Shown here: piece by piece, positions 17,081 through 26,300 of the stretch
Layout: each line of letters opens with the position of its first letter
How positions within the stretch are numbered: the first letter of the stretch is position 1
Origin: Nostoc sp. CHAB 5836
GTDB taxonomy: Bacteria > Cyanobacteriota > Cyanobacteriia > Cyanobacteriales > Nostocaceae
NCBI RefSeq assembly: GCF_020829445.1
Contig: NZ_JAIVFV010000060.1
Span: 1 to 32,000, forward strand
Reading direction: 5' to 3'
Length of the DNA stretch: 32,000 nucleotides
Program-made: the position numbers and the translations under genes
Notes under the pieces: generated by a model
The model's input: the letters and a program-made list of their open reading frames with translations, nothing else
Told to the model about the DNA's origin: nothing
Database searches by the model: none

Positions 17081-17474
17081 TAACCCTGTATTCATAGATA
17101 CAAACATTTTAGTTTATGCAAATTTAGCCTTGTCTCCATTTCATGTACAAGCTACAGAACGACTGCAAGCACTTGCAGAACAAGGTATTGATTTATGGAT
17201 TAGTCGCCAAACTTTGAGAGAATATTTGGCAGCGATGACAAGACGAGGCGACTTAACTGGGAACATTCCTATTACATCTTTAGTAGCAGATGTACGGTAT
17301 TTTGCTAGTTACTTTCGCTTGGTTGAAGATAACTTGCTGGTGACAGAAAGATTACTAACACTCATGGTGGAAATTCCTAGTGGTGGTAAGCAAGTTCATG
17401 ATGCAAATATTGTCGCCACGATGCTAGTTTATGGCATTCCTCAGTTACTAACTCATAACATAGGTGGACTGTAG
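17073..17474 (+). CDS. vapC: PIN-domain ribonuclease toxin VapC (C-terminus apparently truncated)
   Basis: ATG 17073 (or 17067) overlaps the antitoxin stop. Contains VFIDTNILVYA (first PIN Asp), TLREY (Glu) and VHDANIV (Asp). It ends LLTHNIGGL-stop, where related PIN proteins continue ~15-20 aa further. Confidence 0.75.
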   Translation: MTNNPVFIDTNILVYANLALSPFHVQATERLQALAEQGIDLWISRQTLREYLAAMTRRGDLTGNIPITSLVADVRYFASYFRLVEDNLLVTERLLTLMVEIPSGGKQVHDANIVATMLVYGIPQLLTHNIGGL

Positions 17475-17603
17475 GGGCAATTCATGAATTTACCCTAAGG
17501 AGAAAATTAGGGTTTCAGCTATTGACAATCATACCAAACTGGGGCGATCGCATGATCTTTCAGCTTACGTATACTATGTAAAAAATCACTATTATAGACA
17601 AAC

Positions 17604-18854
17604 ATGATCAAAATACTAGCTGAAAACTTGATGGGAATTGAGGCAAGATTACAAATTAATTTGGTTTGGCTAAATGCCAGCTTACAGTTTGCTAGTTGGG
17701 CACTCTTGTCGCTTTTACTTGCCGAGGTCTTGAGAGACACATATCATGCTTTGTGTCACCAAGTCAATTGGCTTGCTAAATGGCACAACAAACACCACAT
17801 GGCCTATCGCCGCGATTTATCAATAGTTTCTCTGAAAATTTATCAAGAATCCCAACTATATCACGACATTTTAGAGTCGAGTCTACTGCTGGTGGTATTG
17901 GTAGTCATTGCCTTAATTGTCCAGCAGATGGGGTTCTGGCTGGGAGTAGGTTATGCTTGCACCTTCTTATATGGCGCGTCTGTCCGGTATTTTCAGGGAA
18001 AAATTGATACAGACTACAACCACCTACCCGGCCCTTTAGAGACAATACCATCCATTTGGTGGGTGAATCGATCTTACCATTGGCGGCATCATTTTGATGA
18101 TGTCAACGCCTACTACAGTGGAGTCTTTCCCCTAGTGGATAAAATTTTTGGTACAGGACTGTCTCTCAAGGGTAAAACCATCGCTTTAACCGGAGCTTCA
18201 GGAGCCTTGGGACAAGCGTTGGCAACTGAACTTGTAAAGAATAATGCTAAAGTCGTGGCATTAACCACTAATCCAGAAAAATTAGTAGAGCAAGTTGGGG
18301 TGAAGGTGCTTCCCTGGCAGTTAGGTAATGAAGCCAATCTGAGAGATACTTTAGAGAAAGTAGATATTTTAATTATCAATCACGGAGTCAATGTCTACAC
18401 CAGCCGCACACCAGAGGCGATCAACTCCTCTTATGAAGTTAATACTTTTTCAGCATTGCGGTTGATGAATATATTTTCGACAACTGTCACAGGGCCACAA
18501 GCAAAAGCAACCAAGGAAATCTGGGTAAACACTTCCGAGGCTGAGGTTTCTCCAGCACTGAGTCCGCTTTATGAACTTAGCAAGCGATCGCTAGGAGATA
18601 TTGTTACCCTTAAGCGTTTGGATGGGGATTGTGTAATTCGCAAGTTAATTCTTGGCCCGTTTAAAAGTCAACTTAATCCTTATGGAGTGATGTCTGCACA
18701 GCAAGTTGCTCGTGCTATCTTATTTTTGGCACAGCGAGACTTCCGAAATATTATTGTGACAATAAATCCTCTCACCTACCTGTTGTTTCCCTTAAAGGAA
18801 ACTAGTACGTCGCTATACTATCGAGTCTTCAGTCGGACAGCCAAAAGTGAATAA
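17604..18854 (+). CDS. Bifunctional membrane di-iron hydroxylase/sterol-desaturase-like + short-chain dehydrogenase/reductase fusion
   Basis: 416 aa. His boxes HALCH, HNKHH (17745-17798) and HWRHH (18078-18092) in the hydrophobic N-half. SDR Rossmann motif TGASGALG (18189-18212) in the C-half. Confidence 0.75.
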   Translation: MIKILAENLMGIEARLQINLVWLNASLQFASWALLSLLLAEVLRDTYHALCHQVNWLAKWHNKHHMAYRRDLSIVSLKIYQESQLYHDILESSLLLVVLVVIALIVQQMGFWLGVGYACTFLYGASVRYFQGKIDTDYNHLPGPLETIPSIWWVNRSYHWRHHFDDVNAYYSGVFPLVDKIFGTGLSLKGKTIALTGASGALGQALATELVKNNAKVVALTTNPEKLVEQVGVKVLPWQLGNEANLRDTLEKVDILIINHGVNVYTSRTPEAINSSYEVNTFSALRLMNIFSTTVTGPQAKATKEIWVNTSEAEVSPALSPLYELSKRSLGDIVTLKRLDGDCVIRKLILGPFKSQLNPYGVMSAQQVARAILFLAQRDFRNIIVTINPLTYLLFPLKETSTSLYYRVFSRTAKSE

Positions 18855-18870
18855 TTTCCAGATGATAACC

Positions 18871-18974
18871 CAATACACTTGGGTTAAGCATTTCCTCCTT
18901 CTCTTCTCTCTGTGTTCTCTGCGCCTCTGTGGTTCGTAAAAAAAAGAGTTTCAGCCCTTTTGTAAACTGTATTG
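18871..18974. mobile_element. MITE family C copy (inverted relative to 13598-13717)
   Basis: caatacacttgggttaagc ... aaactgtattg. Flanked by gatgataacc (18861-18870) and gatgataaacc (18975-18985). Confidence 0.75.
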
Positions 18975-19104
18975 GATGATAAACCAGTTCCTATAGGGTT
19001 CCTATTTTATTTTTTAAAATGTCGTTAAAATCTTCCACACATGAAGTAAAAACACTCGTAACCCTATTGTGACCCTACTTCCATACCCTTGAGGAAATTG
19101 AAAA

Positions 19105-21204
19105 ATGTTCAAAGTATTTGCTGATCGGGGTGGTACATTCACAGATATTATTGTTGTGACGAATAATCAGGCAATTATAGACAGGCTTTCAAGGCATACA
19201 GAACGTTTTTTGATTGTGGCTCTTCCTAAGCAAGAATGGGTTATTGTCTACAAATTACTTTCAGAAAATCCGGAACAATATCAAGACGCAGTTATCCAAG
19301 GTATTAGGGATATTATGAGTCTTTCAAGCAATGAACCCATTCCCTATACAGCAATAGAAGTAGTCAAAATGGGCACAACAGTAGCAACGAATGCCCTGTT
19401 AGAAAGACGTGGCGAACGCGTTGTCCTCTTGATCACCAAAGGCTTCAAAGATGCGTTGCGAATTGGTTATCAAAACCGCCCTAATATATTTGCTCGTCAA
19501 ATCATTTTACCCACGATGCTTTCTGAAAAAGTAATTGAGGTTTCGGAACGTTACGATGCTAAAGGAAATGAATTAACTCCTGTAAATGTAGAACAAGTTA
19601 AAAAAGACCTCCAAGCAGTTTACAACACAGGAATTCATAGTTGTGCTATTGTTTTTATGCACAGCGATCGCCATCCTAAACACGAACAACAAGTAGCCCA
19701 AGTAGCCCAACAAATCGGATTTACGCAGATATCTGTATCTCATCAAGTTAGTCCTTTAATGAAATTGGTTAGCCGAGGAGATACAACAGTAATAGATGCT
19801 TATTTAACTCCGATTTTGCGTCGCTATGTCAACCAAGTAGCGAGTCAGTTACCCAATGTCAGATTAATGTTCATGAAATCTGATGGTGGTTTAACTGATG
19901 CTGCACAATTTCAGGGAAAAGATAGCATTTTAAGTGGGCCGGCTGGCGGGATTGTCGGCGCGGTACAAACTAGCAAAAGAGCAGGTTTTGATTTAATAAT
20001 TACTTTTGACATGGGTGGAACAAGTACAGATGTGGCCCATTTTAAAGGAGAGTATGAACGTCAATTAGATTCCGAAATTGCTGGGGCGCGGATGCGAGTT
20101 CCCGTATTATCGATTAATACTATTGCAGCTGGTGGTGGTTCAATTCTGATGTTCGATGGTTCTAGCTACCGTGTCGGCCCAAAATCGGCTGGTTCAAATC
20201 CTGGCCCTGCTTGTTATCGGCGTGGTGGACCTTTAACTGTGACAGATGCTAATGTGATGTTAGGTAAAATTCACCCCCAATATTTTCCATCTGTCTTTGG
20301 GAGTAATGGCAATTTACTTTTAGATAAAAATATTGTCTTAGAGAAATTTAACCAATTAGCCCAACAGATTGCAACTGTTACAGGGAATTATCGTACCCCC
20401 GAACAAGTTGCAGCAGGATTTATTGCGATCGCTGTAGAAAATATGGCTAATGCCATTAAAAAAATTAGTTTGCAACGAGGTTATGATATCAGTAAATATG
20501 TCCTTTGTTGTTTTGGCGGTGCAGGCGGACAGGTTGCTTGTTTCATTGCCGCTACACTAGCGGTGAAAAAGATATTTCTGCATCCTTATGCTGGAGTTCT
20601 CTCAGCTTATGGCATGGGATTAGCTGATATCCAGGCTACCAGAATCAAAGGAGTAGAACAGCCTTTAAATCAAGCATTAATTCCACAATTAATGCAGTTA
20701 ATGGAGTCTTTAGAAACCCAAGCTAGAAGCGAGTTCAGCCAAGATGAAAGTAGCGGTGAAGAAAAAATAATTCCAAAAATTAATTTAAAATATGACGGAA
20801 CTAATTCTACTTTTAGTGTTGATTTTGATTCCGATGTGACAGTGATGCAAACAGCATTTACAGATGAACATAAATCTCGTTATGGTTTCATTCAGTCAGA
20901 AAAATCCTTAATCGTGGAATCTATTTCAGTGGAAGTAATTCAGAAAATGGATACTCCTAAAGAACCTTTAATTGCTCGTACCCGTCCTGTGAAAGAATCC
21001 CTTCAACCTGTTGAAATTGTCAAGATGTTTACTGCTGATAAATGGCATGATACGCCAGTGTATCGCCGGGAAGATTTACAACCAGAAGATTGGATCAACG
21101 GTGCTGCTATCATTGTCGAAAAAATTAGCACAATTGTAGTTGAACCTAACTGGCAAGCCATATTAAATGAGCGTAATTATTTGGTTTTAGAACGTTCATG
21201 TTAA
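19105..21204 (+). CDS. hyuA: Hydantoinase/oxoprolinase family protein, A subunit (HyuA-like)
   Basis: ATG 19105, 699 aa. N-terminal DRGGTFTD, internal DMGGTSTD and GGAGG ATPase motifs typical of HyuA / 5-oxoprolinase A domains. Confidence 0.85.
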   Translation: MFKVFADRGGTFTDIIVVTNNQAIIDRLSRHTERFLIVALPKQEWVIVYKLLSENPEQYQDAVIQGIRDIMSLSSNEPIPYTAIEVVKMGTTVATNALLERRGERVVLLITKGFKDALRIGYQNRPNIFARQIILPTMLSEKVIEVSERYDAKGNELTPVNVEQVKKDLQAVYNTGIHSCAIVFMHSDRHPKHEQQVAQVAQQIGFTQISVSHQVSPLMKLVSRGDTTVIDAYLTPILRRYVNQVASQLPNVRLMFMKSDGGLTDAAQFQGKDSILSGPAGGIVGAVQTSKRAGFDLIITFDMGGTSTDVAHFKGEYERQLDSEIAGARMRVPVLSINTIAAGGGSILMFDGSSYRVGPKSAGSNPGPACYRRGGPLTVTDANVMLGKIHPQYFPSVFGSNGNLLLDKNIVLEKFNQLAQQIATVTGNYRTPEQVAAGFIAIAVENMANAIKKISLQRGYDISKYVLCCFGGAGGQVACFIAATLAVKKIFLHPYAGVLSAYGMGLADIQATRIKGVEQPLNQALIPQLMQLMESLETQARSEFSQDESSGEEKIIPKINLKYDGTNSTFSVDFDSDVTVMQTAFTDEHKSRYGFIQSEKSLIVESISVEVIQKMDTPKEPLIARTRPVKESLQPVEIVKMFTADKWHDTPVYRREDLQPEDWINGAAIIVEKISTIVVEPNWQAILNERNYLVLERSC

Positions 21205-21308
21205 ATAACGAAAATATTCTTATTAGTGATTTGTCAGATGAATCTCTGACTTTTTAGAAACTTGCATACTGTACCTAATCAGGCAAACTAAAAAAATAGG
21301 AGTTAAAA

Positions 21309-22883
21309 ATGTCTACCACATCTCAACCAGACCCGGTTCGTTTAGAAATTTTCAAAAATCTCTATCAATTCATTGCCGAACAAATGGGGATTGTTCTGCA
21401 AAACACCGCCGCATCAGTCAATATTAAAGAAAGGCTGGATTTTTCCTGTGCCATTTTTGATGCTTCAGGATTATTAGTAGCTAATGCCCCACATATTCCT
21501 GTACATTTGGGGTCGATGAGTGAAAGTGTCCGCAGTTTAATTAATGATCAAGGCGATACTATAAAATCAGGAAATGTGTATTTATCCAACAATCCCTATA
21601 ATGGCGGGACTCACCTACCTGATGTAACCGTTATTACCCCTGTATTTCCAGAAACTAACGACAATACCGCCTCCCCCACTCCCCTCTTTTTTGTTGCTTC
21701 ACGCGGACACCAAGCCGATATTGGTGGAATTACTCCTGGTTCCATGCCTCCCCACAGTACCACAGTAGAAGAGGAAGGCATTCTGTTTGATAATTTTCTC
21801 TTAGTTGAACAAGATAATTTTCATGAAATTCAAGTCAGAAATTTCCTGACAAATCATAAATATCCTACTCGTAATCCTGACCAAAATCTAGCTGATTTCA
21901 AAGCACAAATTGCTGCCAATGAAAGGGGAGTACAAGAATTGCATAAAATGGTTGCTCAATCTGGGCTGAAAACAGTCCAAGCATATATGCAGTTTGTCCA
22001 AAACAATGCTGAGGAATCAGTGAGACGAGCCATTGATGTTCTCAAAGATGGCTCATTTATTTATCACATGGATAACGGAGCAGAAATTCATGTTCAAGTC
22101 ATAATTGACCGCGAAAATCGCCATGCTACTATTGATTTTACTGGCACATCTGAGCAGTTAAATAGTAACTTTAATGCTCCTAAAGCTGTCACTCAAGCAG
22201 CAGTCTTATATGTCTTCCGCACGCTGGTTGATGATAGTATTCCTTTGAATGCAGGATGTTTGAAACCTTTAAAAATTATTATTCCTGAAGGCTGTATGTT
22301 GAACCCGGCTTACCCAGCCGCAGTAGTAGCAGGTAATGTAGAGACTTCCCAAACCATTGTCGATGCTTTATATGGTGCATTAGGTGTGATGGCCGCTTCT
22401 CAGGGAACGATGAATAATTTTACTTTCGGTAATGAGCGTTATCAATATTATGAAACCATCTGCGGTGGTTCTGGTGCAGGGGCTAACTTTGATGGTACTG
22501 ACGCAGTCCAAACCCATATGACTAACTCCCGCTTGACCGACCCAGAAATTTTAGAAACTCGTTATCCTGTGCAAGTAGAAAGCTTTTGTCTGCGTCCCGA
22601 TAGCGGTGGTAAAGGAAAATATTCAGGTGGTAACGGGGTGATTCGCCGCATCAAGTTTCTTGAACCCATGACCGCTAATATTCTTTCTGGTCATCGCTGT
22701 GTCCCTCCCTTTGGATTAAATGGTGGGGAAGCTGGAAAAGTTGGACGTAACTGGATAGCGCGTCAAAATGGAACACAAGAGGATTTGGACAGCACAGCAA
22801 CAGTGGAGATGCTATCTGGAGATGTTTTTGTGATAGAAACCCCTGGTGGAGGAGGATTTGGTTCAATGGGTAATTCACCTTGA
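21309..22883 (+). CDS. hyuB: Hydantoinase B/oxoprolinase family protein (HyuB-like)
   Basis: ATG 21309 preceded by aggag. 524 aa. DPVRLEIFKNLYQFIAEQMG at the N-terminus and NNPYNGGTHLPD typical of HyuB / oxoprolinase B domains. Confidence 0.85.
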   Translation: MSTTSQPDPVRLEIFKNLYQFIAEQMGIVLQNTAASVNIKERLDFSCAIFDASGLLVANAPHIPVHLGSMSESVRSLINDQGDTIKSGNVYLSNNPYNGGTHLPDVTVITPVFPETNDNTASPTPLFFVASRGHQADIGGITPGSMPPHSTTVEEEGILFDNFLLVEQDNFHEIQVRNFLTNHKYPTRNPDQNLADFKAQIAANERGVQELHKMVAQSGLKTVQAYMQFVQNNAEESVRRAIDVLKDGSFIYHMDNGAEIHVQVIIDRENRHATIDFTGTSEQLNSNFNAPKAVTQAAVLYVFRTLVDDSIPLNAGCLKPLKIIIPEGCMLNPAYPAAVVAGNVETSQTIVDALYGALGVMAASQGTMNNFTFGNERYQYYETICGGSGAGANFDGTDAVQTHMTNSRLTDPEILETRYPVQVESFCLRPDSGGKGKYSGGNGVIRRIKFLEPMTANILSGHRCVPPFGLNGGEAGKVGRNWIARQNGTQEDLDSTATVEMLSGDVFVIETPGGGGFGSMGNSP

Positions 22884-22939
22884 GGTAGTGTCGCAAAACG
22901 GAAGTAGTTAGTACAGATGCAGCATTAATTCGTGGCGAA

Positions 22940-23085
22940 TTGAGTGTTGAAATTTAAACGCATAGGCGCTGCGCCTTCCCGCAGGGTAGGGGCGCAAAGG
23001 GAAGCGCATAGGCGCTTCGCCTTCCCGCAGGGTAGGAACGCAAAGAGAATTCGCTACGAATTTATGAAATATTGTAGTTAGGAAC
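22940..23085. repeat. Dispersed repeat family F (long form) containing a 46-bp tandem duplication
   Basis: Units 22959-23004 and 23005-23050 (cgcataggcgctKcgccttcccgcagggtaggRRcgcaaagRgaaK). The flanks match the reverse complement of 13797-13885. Confidence 0.7.
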
Positions 23086-23165
23086 ATAGATTTGATATCA
23101 GGAGCTAAACTATCAATTGCAATACCCTACGCTTTCAACTTCAGTCAGCATATAATGCAAAAAGT

Positions 23166-23486
23166 TTAAACCGATGCAAAACCAGTAAACTGTCTCACAT
23201 GAGGTGATCTAAAACCTAAAATGATATCTGTTTTCGGTACACCTAACTCTACTAATTCATTAGCTACCCCTTCCTCAGTTAAATCTCTTTGAATCCAAAT
23301 TTTTCCATCCTTAATATCAACATGAATTACCGAACCATAAGTTCGTTTTTCGCCTTCCCAACCTAGGTGAATTACTAAATAGTGATTTGTTTGATTATCA
23401 AATATTAATTGTATTTCCGTTCCCTTAGCTAAATGACTTTCTGTATGTCTTGCTAATACTGTCTGTATTAATTCAGGATAATTCAT
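23166..23486 (-). CDS. xisI: XisI-family protein
   Basis: Probable ATG 23484-23486, giving an ATGA overlap with the xisH stop (an upstream ATG at 23493-23495 is also possible). VIHVDIKDGKIWIQRDLTEEGVANELVELGVPKTDIILGF matches the remembered XisI signature. Confidence 0.8.
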   Translation of the reverse strand: MNYPELIQTVLARHTESHLAKGTEIQLIFDNQTNHYLVIHLGWEGEKRTYGSVIHVDIKDGKIWIQRDLTEEGVANELVELGVPKTDIILGFRSPHVRQFTGFASV

Positions 23487-23899
23487 TCCTTCCATAAAAT
23501 AATCTCCTCTTTGCTACTTTCAAATATCAATAGTTTTAATTTATGTTCAGCAATTATTTCTTGAATCACAGGTATTAGAAAAAAAACTGTATATATTTCA
23601 TAACTAATTGCTAAATATAAAATACGATCGGGTTCTTCTTTTCTTAAAATAGAACGGTAATTAAGTGTTTGTCCTAAAGCTGTATGAAATTCACTAATCG
23701 CTGATTTTCCCAAAAAAGATTTTATTTCAACTGCTATTTTTTCTCCTTCTTTTTCTGCTCCTAAAAGTCTTTCTGCTCCTAAATCAAGGCGAAATTCTAT
23801 AGTATCTACTAGAAATATTAAAGGATCATCAGTAATTAACCAACCATCTTTCTCTAAAGCTAACTTAACAGCATTATGAAAAAAATCTTTTGCTGACAT
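23483..23899 (-). CDS. xisH: XisH-family protein (restriction-endonuclease-like fold family)
   Basis: 138 aa. MSAKDFFHNAVKLALEKDGWLITDDPL ... DLGAERLLGAEKEGEKIAVEIKSF closely matches the remembered XisH sequences. Confidence 0.82.
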   Translation of the reverse strand: MSAKDFFHNAVKLALEKDGWLITDDPLIFLVDTIEFRLDLGAERLLGAEKEGEKIAVEIKSFLGKSAISEFHTALGQTLNYRSILRKEEPDRILYLAISYEIYTVFFLIPVIQEIIAEHKLKLLIFESSKEEIILWKE

Positions 23900-23912
23900 A
23901 TAAACTTACAAT

Positions 23913-24135
23913 AAGTAAGTCGGTGAAAATAAATCAAACTATGTGACGAAACGTAAATAGGCTTGAAACCCTTACCAATGACGAATAGACATCTGGTCAA
24001 ATTAAATATGCGTTACCCATAACCCTTGTAGAGACGTAGCACTGCTACGTCTCTACATTCTTTTTCGGAGATGTCTAATTACTAAGGACAAATGACAGCC
24101 ATCACCAGTTATCTTTAATTGCGCCGACCTACTTA
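23913..24135. mobile_element. MITE family E copy, inverted and interrupted by an insertion carrying the palindrome gtagagacgtagca/tgctacgtctctac
   Basis: Ends taagtaagtcggtg... and ...ttaattgcgccgacctactta correspond to the family E TIRs. The central ~80 bp is absent from the other copies. Confidence 0.55.
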
Positions 24136-24194
24136 GCACCCTCCATACTATTATATCCTCTGTCTGTGCCTCTGCGTCTCTGCGAGAGAAACAC

Positions 24195-24224
24195 AAAAAA
24201 GGGATAAGCAAAAAGCCTATCCCC
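24195..24224 (-). terminator. Rho-independent terminator downstream of ahcY
   Basis: On the minus strand: GGGATAGGC-ttttt-GCTTATCCC (9-bp stem including one G-U pair) followed by TTTTTT, 23 nt after the stop. Confidence 0.65.
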
Positions 24225-24247
24225 GAAAAAATCAACTAATCAATGTA

Positions 24248-25531
<1,284 letters not shown>

Positions 25532-25915
25532 TTACCTCAAAAAATGAAAAAAGCTACGTAAATTTTACGCACTCTACTAGGTTATTCTACTACTGGCGAT
25601 TTTTGCTTGAAACAAGGCAAATCACTAGTCAATAGTCCTCAAAACTAGCTTGACGTTTGATCAGCATAATGTCAACTTCCTCCCCAGGTTTTTCCTTTTC
25701 GTTTTATCTTTGCTAAGGGCAAGATTCGTCTCACCTTTTTTACTAATTTTAAGTACTTTGTCATCTATCTAAAGATAGAATAAAAACAAAAAACCTCAAA
25801 ATTTCATCATCTCAAGGGAAAACCTCAACTTTAGATAGGTACATCTACCCAAAGTAATTGCGGAGGATAGTTATAGAAGTAGTCACTAGTAGATTTTACT
25901 CAAGGAGGTGTTTGA

Positions 25916-26300
25916 GTGCGCTTTCAATTTTTGGCGATCGCCAGTTCAATGGCCATAGGCGTTGTATCTGTGCCAAAAGCCACAGCCCAAATTCCTTTTT
26001 TCCCGCAACTGCAAGCTCCCAGCAGTGTGAGTAGTAATTCAGATGATCGAGTTGTTTCCGGCTGGATTTATTTAGATGGTCGTCGGTTATTTCAAATAGC
26101 GGCATCAAGAGCCAACTTTTATGAGCGTTCAGAAGATATTCAAAAGAAGTTGCAGAAAATTGGTCAAAATTACTTTCAATCACCAGCAAAAACAGCAGTC
26201 AAGGTAGAAGTTCGCAAAGTCAACGAATTACCAGTAATTTATGTCAACGGTCAATATCTGATGACCATCACTTCTGAGGATGCCAGACTGCGACAGGTAG
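25916..26300 (+). pseudogene. 5' fragment of a gene for a signal-peptide-bearing protein, truncated at a junction with the convergent methyltransferase gene
   Basis: GTG 25916 preceded by a strong SD aaggagg (25903-25909). Signal peptide MRFQFLAIASSMAIGVVSVPKATAQ. The first ~125 aa resemble, from memory, the periplasmic N-terminus of cyanobacterial MscS-family channel proteins (unverified). Beyond ~26290-26317 the frame is only antisense of the MTase gene. Confidence 0.4.

Noticed and set aside
21205-21308. hyuA/hyuB as a frameshifted or split single 5-oxoprolinase gene
   Set aside because: HyuA ends at a clean stop. The 104-bp AT-rich spacer contains an aggag RBS 6 nt before the hyuB ATG, and separate A and B subunits are a normal bacterial arrangement.
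23166-23899. xisH/xisI as evidence that the window lies in an fdxN-type developmentally excised element
   Set aside because: No xisF-type recombinase, fdxN or nif genes, or element border repeats are visible. The flanking genes are ordinary housekeeping genes.
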